Shown in pieces: positions 52,478 through 64,000 of a stretch of DNA of 64,000 bases (position 1 is the stretch's first letter; each line of letters starts with the position of its first letter). The notes beneath the pieces are model-generated. The model was not told the DNA's origin. It was given only the letters and a program-made list of their open reading frames with translations, and did no database searches. The stretch is from Basidiobolus meristosporus CBS 931.73 (lineage: Eukaryota > Fungi > Basidiobolomycota), in assembly GCA_002104905.1 (NCBI GenBank), contig MCFE01000170.1, forward strand, positions 62,001-126,000, written 5' to 3'. A program made the translations under genes and the position numbers.

Positions 52478-54322
52478 CTAGTTTGGCCTCCTCTGTTGGT
52501 CAATCTTTCGTTTGATATCTGTATGCTCCAACGCTAGCCATTGATCCACTTCGCGGACCAGATCGTTCATCTTGGCGAGCTTTAGCTGCGTCTGCAGAGT
52601 GCCGATGGTCTTTGTTGTTGGTCGGTCTTTCATCTCCTCGGTGAGAACTTTGGTAGCCTCCGAGAAGAGGCCAAAGCTACACAACGCATGTAGGTAAGAT
52701 CCATATACGTTGTCGTCTATCGGATACGTACAGCGTATCTCCTCCCAAGTTGTCCGAAGGTCCTCAAGGTCGGAGTTGTACCTTATGGAATCCAGTAGAA
52801 CAGAGATGTGCGGAGATACCAAGCTGAGGTCGGCTCCGCCCTCCACAATTGTCATCCACAGCTCACGCACCTTATCGTGCTTTCCCAGTCTGCTGTAGGA
52901 ATCCATCAAGATCGTATACATGGGCAGGTCTGGCTCGATACCATGTTTGCGCATCTCACTGTACATATCCAGCCCTTTCTGGACCTGGCCGTTCTTGATG
53001 TACCCATCAATCATCAAGTTGTAAATCTCGAGATTGTATTGCAAGCCAAGCTTCGGGATCGACGCGAAAAGGTCTTCGGCTTCCGGAATGGCGCCCGCCA
53101 GTTTGTACGCTTTGATCAGTGCCCCGACGGCAGGGATATCGGGCTGAACCTTATGGGTGAGCATCTCTTCGTAGACTCGGCGCGCTCCCTGCGGGTCAAA
53201 GGCTTCCGCGTGCGCGTTGATCAGCTTGGTGAACAGGGATTTGGTGGGCACCATGTTGGACTGCACCATCTCCTTGTAGCACGACATTGCTTTCTCCAAA
53301 TTCAGGTCGTCAACCAGAGCGGAGATAAACGTGGTCCAAGTAAAATGGTTCGGCTGAATACCGTTCGATAGCATCTGGAAGAATATCTCCTCCGCCATAT
53401 TCAAGCGCTTTCGTTTCACGAATGCTTGCAGTAGGGTTGTGTAGGTGATCACGTTGGGAGCTACGCCGCGCTCCAGCATGGTTCGATAGAGCTGGGTCGC
53501 CTTTCGTAGATTGCCACTCTTAGAGTAAGCGTGGATCAGGGTGGAGTAGGTGAAAACGTCGGGGAATACATTCTCCTGGATCATCTCCTTCGACAACTCC
53601 TCAACTTTGCCGATCCTCTTCATCTTGGCATTCGCGTCGATCATACTGTTGTATATCTTCAGGTCCGGTTTGAATCCCTCCGCCAGCATCTCGTCGTAGG
53701 CCCGATTCAGGGAATCCGGGTCGTTGTGCATCTTGCATACCTTCAATAGTATGTTGTATGTCTTGATATCCCTTGGTATTTTGTGAGCCCTCATAAATTC
53801 CAGCATCTTGTAGGCTTCACGGGGCCCTTGTTTGCGCAAAGTATTGATGATCAGGTTGCAAACGAAGGTGTCCGGCTTTAGCTTTTTCGCCAACATATCC
53901 TCCAGCACCAACCGAACCTGTTCGTAGGGCTCGCACAAACCCAGCACGGATAGCACTGGCGTGAACTCCTGTAGTGTGTGGAATTCAGCCTCCACTCGAG
54001 CGATGGAGCCCAGGATTTCCTGGCATTTGGAGACATCGGGCTCCGCTCCACCGGCACTTCTGTTAAAGGTTCGAAGCAGTCTCGGCCATATCTTCGAGGG
54101 CAGATTACCCTCCTCCCCCGCCTCTACCACTGCTTTGTATAGTGCCCAAGCCTCTGCCTTATCATTCTTGTTTAAGCTCCACGTAAGCCGATCTACCAAA
54201 CTTGCCTGACGCTGAAGCGTTGGTTTCTCGGTGGAGTAAAGGCATCTCAAATCCAGTGGCCTGTTGGGTGCTTTTAAAGAGCCTAGCCTGGTTGCCCGAA
54301 GATTCTGCACAAGCCTAAACAT
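52478..54322 (-). CDS. Mitochondrial P-type pentatricopeptide-repeat protein, 614 aa
   Basis: Arg-rich presequence MFRLVQNLRATRLG; ~11 tandem 35-aa repeats (e.g. VFTYSTLIHAYSKSGNLRKATQLYRTMLERGVAPN). Confidence 0.93.
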   Translation of the reverse strand: MFRLVQNLRATRLGSLKAPNRPLDLRCLYSTEKPTLQRQASLVDRLTWSLNKNDKAEAWALYKAVVEAGEEGNLPSKIWPRLLRTFNRSAGGAEPDVSKCQEILGSIARVEAEFHTLQEFTPVLSVLGLCEPYEQVRLVLEDMLAKKLKPDTFVCNLIINTLRKQGPREAYKMLEFMRAHKIPRDIKTYNILLKVCKMHNDPDSLNRAYDEMLAEGFKPDLKIYNSMIDANAKMKRIGKVEELSKEMIQENVFPDVFTYSTLIHAYSKSGNLRKATQLYRTMLERGVAPNVITYTTLLQAFVKRKRLNMAEEIFFQMLSNGIQPNHFTWTTFISALVDDLNLEKAMSCYKEMVQSNMVPTKSLFTKLINAHAEAFDPQGARRVYEEMLTHKVQPDIPAVGALIKAYKLAGAIPEAEDLFASIPKLGLQYNLEIYNLMIDGYIKNGQVQKGLDMYSEMRKHGIEPDLPMYTILMDSYSRLGKHDKVRELWMTIVEGGADLSLVSPHISVLLDSIRYNSDLEDLRTTWEEIRCTYPIDDNVYGSYLHALCSFGLFSEATKVLTEEMKDRPTTKTIGTLQTQLKLAKMNDLVREVDQWLALEHTDIKRKIDQQRRPN

Positions 54323-54803
54323 AACGAAGAATCAAGCAAGAATAGGTGGGCAGCGACAATGGAGGTGGCTAGGGTGCAATGGAGAATATCCCCAAAAGGT
54401 AGTCCGTATTTCACTCGCCAAACAAATTTTTTATTCATGGTTCGACATATATGGGAATGTAGCATCATTCATGTGGCATAGTGTGAACATAATTTGCGCA
54501 AACCAAGTCAACCGCAGGAATTGGTTGAAGCGGCCATGATAGCAGATGCGGTCTGTGGAAACCATAATTGCCAAGCGGATTTATTTAAAACATTAGATTA
54601 TTTGTGTATACTACAAACCAGAATACCAAGGGCTGGAAATACAACAGAAATATTCGGCAACGGGGGCTTTTTCGCCAGCCTCCATCGGAAGTGGAGCAGC
54701 TTGCTAAATACAGCGGGAGACATGCGAGAAAGATGGCTAGGTCGGTAGGAGATTTCGTAATAAGGAGTAAGGACAGGGTATTGTTGTAAGATCCATATAT
54801 ATA

Positions 54804-56897
54804 CTACAAGAAATTGACATGTGCTTTGTTGGGCCCACTAGATTTACCCATGTTTTGCTTCGAAGGCACATTTCCCGCGACAGACACATTGAGCAACGCA
54901 TCGTCGACCACGCTAGTGAGCTCGACTAGACCCGCCAAAGCTTGTTGGTAGCTGTCCAGTAGAAACACATCCAGCTTAGGGCTGATGGTCAGCTTTTTGG
55001 TGACCTCCTCGCCTTCCGTCGTGTGGTTCTGGGATGACTTGTCCCATTCAATTGTCCTAGTTCTTGACACTTCCAGAATCGGCGGAAGGTGCGTGGATTC
55101 TGAGACAACCAACGGGGTCAAGCCAATCTTCATATGCTCGTCGAACTGCTTGGCGACACGGACAAGTTCCTTTATGGCCGAATCCAACGAGTTTCCCGTT
55201 TCCTCATGTGTTTCGTTGGCCGGCTCGGCGGCAACACGGACAATCTGCATCCCCCGCTTGAATTTCTTCTTCTTTTTCGCACTGCGGACCTCCGCTCTAC
55301 GAATATGCTGGGACCAGTTTTCAATAACGATCGATACCAGATATGTCATCGTTCCTACGCCCAAAAAGACGTACACAATGAAGATGGGCGCGCCAACCGG
55401 ACTCATGGGTATAACATCACCGTAGCCTAGTAAAATCCCAGGGATTAGTATGACCGACACCTCTCGAGAATTGCGTGGAGTTTGGATTCGAACCGATTGT
55501 GGTGAAGGCAACGAAGCAGAAATACAGCGCCTCTATATAGCTCCAATGCTCGGTGATGCAGAATATGGCAGCCCCCAGCACCCTAGGTCGTCATCACGGG
55601 TTAGTCCGCATCCAGAGCAAGAGAATCAGTGGCCATTCCCCCGTATTTACCAAAACAAGCTGGCCGCGCACAATGCGAAGTACAATTGCTTCTTCATCTC
55701 GTTCTCCTTTTCCTCGATCAATTTTCTGCCAAGGTCATCCCAGGTCTGATACCTCTTCAGAGACAAGATCGTGGTTTCAGCGCCGATTCCAAGGTTGTGC
55801 TGCTCCTGCAAAATCTCCTCCCTCCCTCTCTCGAGACTCTTCGCGAACTTCATCAGGGACTTGTAATGGATCATTTCCGACACGGAAACGTTGATCCCGG
55901 CGAACATGAAGCCCATGGCCATGATCCCGAACGTGGCGTAGAAAAAAATGAAGATCCTACCGCCTAGTGTTTGAGGTGCAAAGGAGCCGAACCCAATGGT
56001 AGCCAATGTTTCTGAGATAACACGGTCAGGCGCTTACACGGCATATCAGTAACATATGACTCTTACCCAGGCAAAAGAAAAGCGCGCTGATATACGGCCA
56101 ACCTTCGATCAGACTGTACACAATTGACCCTAGCCCAGCCCAACACGCAGCAACCATGATCACTACAATCAGGATACGCGCACGATGACTCAAACCGCAT
56201 CCTACAAACGTCGGTTAGACACCTCTTTCTCTCCCTGTAGAAGTAGAGAGAATACTCACCGCACTTCTCATAATCCTCTGTGCGATTCAAGTCATATATA
56301 AACAGGCTGCTAATGAGGAAGGCTAGGCATGCTTCGATAATGGCAGCTATGAAATCTGTTGTGAGCTCGATATCCGAAAATCTGTAAACGGACAAGTACA
56401 CGACGATCGCTATAGTGTGTAGCACTCCTATCGAAAACAAGTCGGAGAGGAAGGCCAGCATGGGTCAGGGATTACTGTTGAGAAAGCATCCAGCAGTTCG
56501 GGTATGACATACCGTCAAAAAACATGGCCACACAGGCTATTCTGGTTGCATATAACAGATGCCATTCTAGAAGTCGACTCAACATTGCAAAGTAAGCAAC
56601 GAAGTGAAACACAAAGGCCAAGCTGAGAATGAGCGTAACGTCTGAAAAAGAACACGAAATGAGTGGTGGTTCGCCACGAAATCTGGAAGGGAAACGACGT
56701 GTACCGGTCGGCTTGACTGTGTTGCTGGTATACCCATCCCGGTTCAGGTGAAAAGAGTCAATGAGCGGAGCTAAGCTCACTAGAAACGACACGGGGGTCA
56801 GCCAACCGACCAGAAGGATAACTCTTGACCTGCGAAAACTATTTGCCCTTCGTAGATACTCTGAAAACTTGTTTGTCTGCGAAGGAGTCTCTTCCAT
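54804..56897 (-). CDS. TOK1: TOK-type outward-rectifier K+ channel (8 TM, two pore domains), multi-exon
   Basis: Pore motifs TIGFGSFAP and LGYGDVIP, each followed by TM helices, with four extra N-terminal hydrophobic segments. Confidence 0.87.
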
Positions 56898-57468
56898 TTT
56901 CGCCAACACAGACCAGAGGGCAAGGGTAAATATAAAGCGGACACAAATCGCAAAATCACATTCTAGACGGAAGGCCACTTCAAAGTCAGCCAAAATTCAA
57001 TCCTCTCCAATCCTATTGGCCGACCCAGCCTTCCACAAGAAGCTTAAAATGTCCTGGAACACCGCGATCCGACAATTAGTTTTAATTGGATTTCCTAGTT
57101 GGAGGGGTGTGCAACTATTGTACTGCTGCCAGATTGCCATGCAATAAACGGATGCGCGATCCCTGGCCCCAACTGGAGGACCCGCCGAACCGTGCATCCG
57201 ACCAGGCGCACGCCAACCGTCAAAGGAAAACGATATGCGAAAAAGCATGGTTTATTTGCCTGTCAGAATTAAAGATTTGAAGTATTTAGTGAAACATGCT
57301 GACAATTTCGCTGGGATCATGTTGGATCTGAACAGATTTGCCTAAGCATATACTGAATTACTAGGGGAGCTGAGCAATAATGTACATACTATAAATAGCA
57401 TTGAACCGAATGAAATTAAATAAAAGAAACTCCGGAGGAGGTGCAGGTATCAAGGAAATCCCATCAAC

Positions 57469-58716
57469 TTAGCTCAAGTGGTATAAGACGAGGGCCACTA
57501 AAACAAGTAAATAAAATGAGCCATTGACAATTGCGGACACAGGCTTATTGTGCGACAAAAGTTTAAGTTGAACGAACCAGTTGTTGTCATTCTGGATGGC
57601 ATTGGTCTTGTTGGAAAGAATCTCCTCCAAGTATTGCTCTGACTGGATGACCTTCTTGAAGCGACCCGACTCTATGCTCCAGTCCAAGTTGCCTCTGCAC
57701 CATGCCTCGAAGGTCACGATGTACCTGCCAAGGGCATGGTATACCTCAGGAGAGTAGTTGTGGGAAACCAACTTCTCGAACTCCGCCTTGGTGGCAAAGA
57801 AGTTGTCCATCTCCTGGTTCACCATCTGCCGCACCTGCTCGACCGACTCGTCGAAGGTGATGTCCCTGGCCTGCTTGAGAACCATGACCAGATTGTGGAT
57901 GTCTCCCTTCTCGTACTCCTTCTCGAACGAGTATATGTCGTTCACCCAGCACACGACGTTGATGCACTGGTCCTTCAGGGTGTTGAACTGGGGGCTGGAC
58001 AGGATCTCTTCGGGGAGATAGACCCCTTCCACGTATCCGATCACCTCCAGACACAGTCTCATACTGCCAGAGTCCTGGCGGTTCTTGATGTAGGTCTCGA
58101 CATCGGGGTATCTAGTGACCTGGCGCATCTCGCACTCGAAAATGTAGGCGTTCAGGTAGTTCACAAAGTTGGCGGTCACCTTTTCCTGGACCTCTATGCT
58201 GGTAGCTCGACTCAGCTCCGCCCAAAGCTCGGCCAAGGAGCAGTAAATGGGGGAGTGTTGAATTTGTTTAATCTCCGCGTTGCAAATCGCAGATAAACTC
58301 ATCTCCTCCGAATATTCCTCCGGGCGGTCGTCCTTCAGAAGGGCCATGACATTTTGGGTGAATTCAGCGGTATACTTTTTGGTGACTTTGGTGTTGAATA
58401 TACTAAGCAAAGCTATAAATATTATATACATCTGGGTCTTATCTTGACCGAGTTTACTGTCGTCGAACTGATCGTCAAACATAAACAGCCAAGCGTAAAG
58501 CTTGGCAACCCACAACAAACGATCGTACTTGGCGGTCGGGTGCACCCGACATGCCAGATTTGTTAATTTTGACTGGACGAGGCGTTCCACAGCATCCTTC
58601 CCCTGCACTAGCTGTTTCTGTGTCAACCAAAGAAGTGTATCGCTCTCAATTTTCTTGTAATCATGACACAATGAGGTGGGAGGGAGAAAATCGAAAGGTG
58701 GGAGGGTTATCTTCAT
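57469..58716 (-). CDS. Class I microbial-type terpene synthase (probably sesquiterpene) with a C-terminal hydrophobic tail
   Basis: DDQFDD, RQDSGS sensor, NDIYSFEKE (NSE), WSIESGRF. The start is placed at MKITLPPF (58716) because a TATA box lies between it and the longer-ORF ATG at 58836. Confidence 0.92.
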   Translation of the reverse strand: MKITLPPFDFLPPTSLCHDYKKIESDTLLWLTQKQLVQGKDAVERLVQSKLTNLACRVHPTAKYDRLLWVAKLYAWLFMFDDQFDDSKLGQDKTQMYIIFIALLSIFNTKVTKKYTAEFTQNVMALLKDDRPEEYSEEMSLSAICNAEIKQIQHSPIYCSLAELWAELSRATSIEVQEKVTANFVNYLNAYIFECEMRQVTRYPDVETYIKNRQDSGSMRLCLEVIGYVEGVYLPEEILSSPQFNTLKDQCINVVCWVNDIYSFEKEYEKGDIHNLVMVLKQARDITFDESVEQVRQMVNQEMDNFFATKAEFEKLVSHNYSPEVYHALGRYIVTFEAWCRGNLDWSIESGRFKKVIQSEQYLEEILSNKTNAIQNDNNWFVQLKLLSHNKPVSAIVNGSFYLLVLVALVLYHLS

Positions 58717-58761
58717 TAGGGATAGATTTTTAAGCAAGAGGCATTCCTTGACCACCCAACG

Positions 58762-58769
58762 TTTATATA
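58762..58769 (-). promoter_or_regulatory. Putative TATA box of the terpene synthase
   Basis: Minus strand TATATAAA about 46 bp upstream of ATG 58716. Confidence 0.45.
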
Positions 58770-60868
58770 GCCATCTGGGTGCCCAGATATCTTTATTCCG
58801 TTCAAAAGCATCACGAAACAAATTAGTCCATTGCAAAAAATCAGTCCCGATTCAACCTCATCAGAAGCCATCTAATTCAAGGAAATGCTGCAATGTCAAC
58901 CGACCATATCGAATAGAAGCGCTTGATTAGAGAGATGGCATTCGCTTGTGGTGGCATTCCAATGTCTGGTCAACACCAAATGGCAATGAAAACCTCACGG
59001 CCAGCAAATGGCCAGTATCTGCCCATCTGCCAAATGGAATCGAGTTCCGGAGCCAGATTTGTCTGTTCTATTTGGAACCCACTTGCCAAAACCATCGAAG
59101 TCTAGCACTCTCCATCGCCATGATATTCTATCCAACAACAGGCGGCGCCTGGACAGCGAATTGAATCGCCGCACAAATCGAACAATCCTCAAACCACGCA
59201 TTGCATCAGGCATGTGGAGTTAAATCCAACGTTGAGGTCAGAAAAGCTCTAGAAGGCCATCATACGTGTAAACAATTACCACGCCTGTCCGAGTCCCTAG
59301 TAGCATTACCTGATTGGAAGGTGGGGTGCCGGTAAACATCTGGAAAAGATCTGAATCTGATTGAGGCATGTCCAGCATTATTATGGCAATGGCGAGAAAA
59401 TCCAGTGGCACGGTGTGCTGGCGAAGCGCGCTGGGTCTAATGCGTAGGTTTAGGATTAAAGCAAGCGCTGTGCTTCTTTTGGACACGCGGCAGCCAGGCG
59501 ATTGGCTACCATCCTTCAGGGTATTGCGATTGTTTTATATCTATTCCATAGTTGGCGACCATGGAACAATGGGAAGAGCAGTTTAGGCGTATCACCCTGA
59601 AGAGCAACCCGTGGATTTTCCTGGATTTGCTCCAAGATGCCGTTGCTATCGCTTCTAGATTGTTGGCAAAGCCGTGATGCCCAGATCTGACTGGAAAGAA
59701 AGCCGAGTGTTGCCATGGAATTAAAGATTAGGGTGCAACCATTCCCGCCTCACGCAACAATGGGCATGACGGGCGGTAATTTAAGTAATGGCTCACGGAA
59801 CAGGGAAATGCTTCAAAGCCTCAACCAGCCTTAATAATTCGACTTTCCAAATGCGATGCTGATGCCGGAAGCATGAGTCTCTTTTCAACGGGCTTATAAC
59901 GAAGGCTTGAACTATGCCCCTGTTTTGTTAAGGTTATGTCCCTTTTGCCACCAGTGGCATTCCCTAATCTGATGACACTGTGATGTTGTACACTTCACAT
60001 GTGCATGATTTGCATGCGGCTAAACTCTATGCCTGAAATCGAAATAATCCAGATTCTTACCTGATGAAATCTGGCGAAATTGAAATCGAGAGTTCGAAAT
60101 CTCAACATCTGTACCAAGGATGCGGGTAATATTCGACCTGGACGGTGGCCTGGTAATGTACCAAAGCCATCCTCGAGCGTTGGTAATAACTCACGTCTGA
60201 ACCCACACCTGGTATGCTGCAACAGTCTCTGAGCGGGAGTTTGCTGTTGCGTCACAAGAGATATGCGTCCTACGTGGCATGTGGGTTGATTACCAGGGTC
60301 GTGTAGCATGTAGATCGTCACGAACAGCGCCTATACTACTTTGGTTAGCTTGGTGTATTGAGCTCGGCCAATTCGGCCCCAACCCTCAAAAACCGATCTA
60401 GTCCGATCCGGCGGGCCTGGTGCACCCACGGACCGGCGAATTTGACTAATCCGTTGATGAATAATACGAGCTCAAAATGATGTGCCAGTAGCGAAGCCCC
60501 GTAATAGCCCGCCCTATTAGCAGTCCGAGCATGATTGAAAGTCGTTGAGATACGAGACTAATTGGTTTGATAGGGATTTCGAATTTGCGTGATCCATGTT
60601 TAAAGGGAATTTCCGGGTTTGAGGTCTTTACTTAGCAACATATAGCAAGTCCCTGGCTTAAGCCACTGCTCTATACTCATGATTATACTATCAAACTCTT
60701 CAAATCGACAGTATGCAGCAAACCAAGCTGTACTCAAATTATGTTTTGATCATATAAAGATTGAGCGATACTGCTGAAAACCAGATTGAATCCATTTGTA
60801 GTAAGCTTTTGAAGCAGCAGGGTTAAAGAGCCCTCGGTGATTTTAAATACTTCTTGACCTTCCACACG

Positions 60869-62038
60869 ATGTTTCGTGCAAGCCCCTGCCTTAATATTGC
60901 TTCCAGAGCCTTGGGCCCGCTCCCCACCCGTGCCTTGAGTACCAGCGTGCCAATTCTTCGGAGCCATACCTTCCAACTTAGAGATGAAGACTTTGTTACC
61001 TATAACTGCGACGCACCCTCTCCTGAGATCTCTTTCTCTAAGGATGAGTTGCTGGGAATGTATCGCCAAATGAATGTTATGCGTCGATTGGAAATGGCCG
61101 CAGATGCCCTCTACAAGGCAAAGCTCATTCGCGGTTTCTGTCATTTATGTATTGGCCAGGAGGCCATCGCAGTTGGCATGGAAAACGCCATCACTCGTAA
61201 GGATCACATCATTACATCCTACCGCTGCCACGGGTTCACCTGGATCCGTGGTAGCTCCATCAAGAGCATCATCGCGGAGCTCATGGGGCGCAAGGACGGT
61301 GTTTCTTTTGGCAAGGGTGGCTCCATGCATATGTTTTCTGAGCGCTTCTACGGTGGCAACGGTATTGTCGGGGCTCAGGTGCCTCTCGGCGCTGGACTAG
61401 CCTTTACCTCGAAATACACCGAAGATGAGTCCTGTTCCTTTTCCCTTTACGGCGATGGCGCCGCCAATCAAGGACAGGTATTCGAGGCCTTCAACATGGC
61501 TAAACTCTGGGACTTGCCCGCCGTATTTGTTTGCGAGAACAACCTGTATGGCATGGGAACTTCTGCCAAGAGATCCAGCTCCAACACCGAATACTTCAAG
61601 CGAGGCGACTATATTCCGGGCATCAAGGTGAACGGAATGGACGTGCTAGCGGTTTATCAAGCTTGCAAGTATGCCCGGGACTGGACCATCTCTGGAAAGG
61701 GGCCGCTCGTTCTTGAGATGCACACCTATCGCTACGGAGGCCACTCGATGTCTGATCCTGGCACCACCTACCGTACTCGTGAAGAGATCCAACATATGCG
61801 CAGCACCAGAGACCCAATCACTGGCTTGAGAGCCAGACTGGTCGAAAACGGCATCGCCACTGAAGAGGAGCTTAAAGCCATCGAGAAGGAGGCCCGTAAG
61901 GAGGTAGACGTAGAGGTTGCCGCTGCCAAAGCCTCCCCTGAACCACCAGTCGAGGATCTCTGGACCAACATCTATGCCGAAGGATCAGAACCCAAATTCC
62001 TCCGTGGTCGGGAGAGCCAAGAAGTTCATCGTTACTAG
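60869..62038 (+). CDS. PDA1: Pyruvate dehydrogenase E1 alpha subunit, mitochondrial, intronless
   Basis: IRGFCHL, GKGGSMH, GDGAANQGQ...ENN TPP motif, TYRYGGHSMSDPGTTYR phosphorylation loop; presequence MFRASPCL. Confidence 0.97.
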   Translation: MFRASPCLNIASRALGPLPTRALSTSVPILRSHTFQLRDEDFVTYNCDAPSPEISFSKDELLGMYRQMNVMRRLEMAADALYKAKLIRGFCHLCIGQEAIAVGMENAITRKDHIITSYRCHGFTWIRGSSIKSIIAELMGRKDGVSFGKGGSMHMFSERFYGGNGIVGAQVPLGAGLAFTSKYTEDESCSFSLYGDGAANQGQVFEAFNMAKLWDLPAVFVCENNLYGMGTSAKRSSSNTEYFKRGDYIPGIKVNGMDVLAVYQACKYARDWTISGKGPLVLEMHTYRYGGHSMSDPGTTYRTREEIQHMRSTRDPITGLRARLVENGIATEEELKAIEKEARKEVDVEVAAAKASPEPPVEDLWTNIYAEGSEPKFLRGRESQEVHRY

Positions 62039-64000
62039 GACGAGAACTCGGTCGTCGAGAGATTTCGGCTTTTTGGCCACCCACGAAATTCGCACCACTC
62101 CCTTTGTTCATGTAAAATTCGGCAACCATCAACCAGCCTATTCTGGCGTCAAATGTCAATACCCACCACCAGCCATTGGATCACGGACAAACTATTTAAT
62201 AAACAAGTTGAATACCACTTTCTCGATTGCCTGAATTGTAAATGGCATATCGATTTGTCGACTCACAGGACGCAGATTTGAAGCCACCGCGATAGGGCTA
62301 TTTTCAGATATCTCCTAATTTCCTCGGCACCGATGATCCATTTCGGAAATTTCTACTTTGGTAGGGGCTTTTAGGGTAATACACAACGCGTTCTTTGCGT
62401 GGAATTCCAAGGAAACGATTGGAGACCGCTGCAGCGTGGCCCACTTATTAAGTTAATAACATACATACCCTATGGGTATATTTCAGTACCTAATAGATTG
62501 GGAATCACCCCAGACACAGAAGTGGCGTGGGTCAGGATTGCGAAAGAGGTTCTAGATCGCAGTTTAACTTCAGCGCTCGCAATAGCCGTAGCCATGATGC
62601 TGATCACAGCCACTGAAAGTTATTTTTAAGAAACATCTCTCCCAAAGGGTGCAGGGTGCTACAAGATGAATGAGGGCTTGGTTGATCGGCTCGAAGATGA
62701 TTGCCAGGCGATTGGACGGGACAGGAACAAGGACCGATTACTACAGATAAGGCAACAGGGATTCATGTGATGTCAAACATGACATTTCAACAAACTCGGC
62801 AGCCACAAAATGAGCCACCAGGAGCATCCCTTGTGTTGACATTGGCGGTGCTTCCACCATGAGCCCACGGAATGCGATCGATGGAATGTTGTGATGTCCG
62901 ATTCGCAGTCATACCTGGCCAAATCATCGCCTTATTAGATCTAGGACTATGTACCAGAATCTTGGATTAACTTTCGAATGATGCGAATAAACAGTGCATA
63001 CTCAGTTTAGGGAAGTAAACCTTCGCATGTTCCAGGTCAGATGGATGAATCTCAATTCATCAGATACCGATCTGTTGAGATAAACATATTGCAGATTTAC
63101 AAGGCAAGAACGAGATAGGTGGCTCATTGTAAGCGGTGTGGTGTATTACAAATCACTGCATCGAGGAATCGATGGATTTTTTTTCACTCAAATATGGCAA
63201 CATGGTACTGCTAACTGCCAATGTACGTAGTTGGTAGATTTCGTAGATTACGATCGGATTTTTCCCACCTGAATCATCCTTAAGGAATGGCTTGAGGCGT
63301 TGGGGCTTATGTTCCGGAAAGTGACTAACCGAAGCCAGAAGCCGGGTGAATCTTGGTCGAGGAGCAGGCAGTGTAAATCACGCCTATCATTGCTAAATCG
63401 TTAGATCGGTTTGTGAAGAGTCCGGTGATGGAGGACACATCAAGTTGACTCGATCTGCTAACACACGAGCGAACATGTCTGGTACGAGGTTGCAGTGAGT
63501 TATTATACCCATTCCATTTGTAATTCGCCACTCCCATGGTGCTAATCAAGAATACTCTTTGGTGCATCCTCCTTAAACTCCATAATTAAGCATGATTTAT
63601 TGATGAATATCCTAAAATCTATGCTATAAAGCATTAGCCACATAATATAGCTTTGAATTGATGTGCTGTCAACTTATAATGAAAACCTCATAAAGTGAAT
63701 TCGTTCTCGAAAACCCAGTTGATCCATACAATCCTGCTTTTGTATGTGGTGTAGCGATGAATGTAGACTTGGATGCGCATTTATCTTTTATTTTCTTCGC
63801 CGGGTTTCAATAAGCTGGGGATAAGCTTTTCCTGGGTATCTTTGCTAGCACCCTAGCAAGTGTTATGAACGAATCTGAAAAGTAGAATAATCAACCAAAA
63901 CCCAGCTCTGGTACTACTGTGAACTCTTGGATATGGGGTTTTGGAATGTTCAAGAAATATAGTATTCCGGCATGTAAATGGACTGCTAGTGGCGCCAAAT

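Noticed and set aside
52808-53371. 187-aa plus-strand ORF; likewise 48520-49068 and 57736-58296
   Set aside because: Antisense shadows of high-GC3 genes (PPR, TRR1, TPS).
58717-58836. 40-aa N-terminal extension of the terpene synthase in the ORF track
   Set aside because: It spans a TATA box and AT-rich leader-like sequence; the second ATG fits the family start better.
60360-60473. GAGCTC-bounded segment as a possible MITE
   Set aside because: Only ~7 bp of inverted match, no TSD and no second copy.
62399-63600. Possible exons of an additional gene after PDA1
   Set aside because: Splice-like sites are present but there is no recognisable protein or coherent frame.

Overview
Eukaryotic DNA, almost certainly fungal and probably from an early-diverging lineage (inferred from spliceosomal introns, a TOK-type K+ channel, a low-MW thioredoxin reductase, RalGAP-alpha and a microbial-type terpene synthase; the species cannot be read from the sequence). 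The window has two sharply different halves. Bases 1 to ~37.8 kb form an AT-rich, CpG-depleted block of nested, decayed transposons. It contains two Ty1/copia families (two full-length copies with 5-bp TSDs and half-tRNAiMet PBS, plus truncated copies), a Ty3/gypsy family that makes 4-bp TSDs (one full copy and five solo LTRs), a second gypsy remnant and two other solo-LTR families. It also holds PHIS-type (DDE_Tnp_4) DNA transposons with AGACTTGTT ends and ANT target sites, a 734-bp fold-back palindrome of that family, and an unidentified repeat. From ~38 kb to 64 kb is a CpG-normal gene block: RalGAP-alpha-like, TRR1 with a C-terminal ARL, a rhodanese, a secreted Gly-rich block-copolymer protein, a PPR protein, a TOK channel, a tail-anchored class I terpene synthase and an intronless PDA1. 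The most notable items are the fold-back with a perfectly homogenised inner stem, the 4-bp-TSD gypsy repeatedly hitting copia copies with signs of gene conversion, the CpG boundary with a G4 motif, the Gly-rich secreted protein and the membrane-tailed terpene synthase. All counts and alignments were done by eye.
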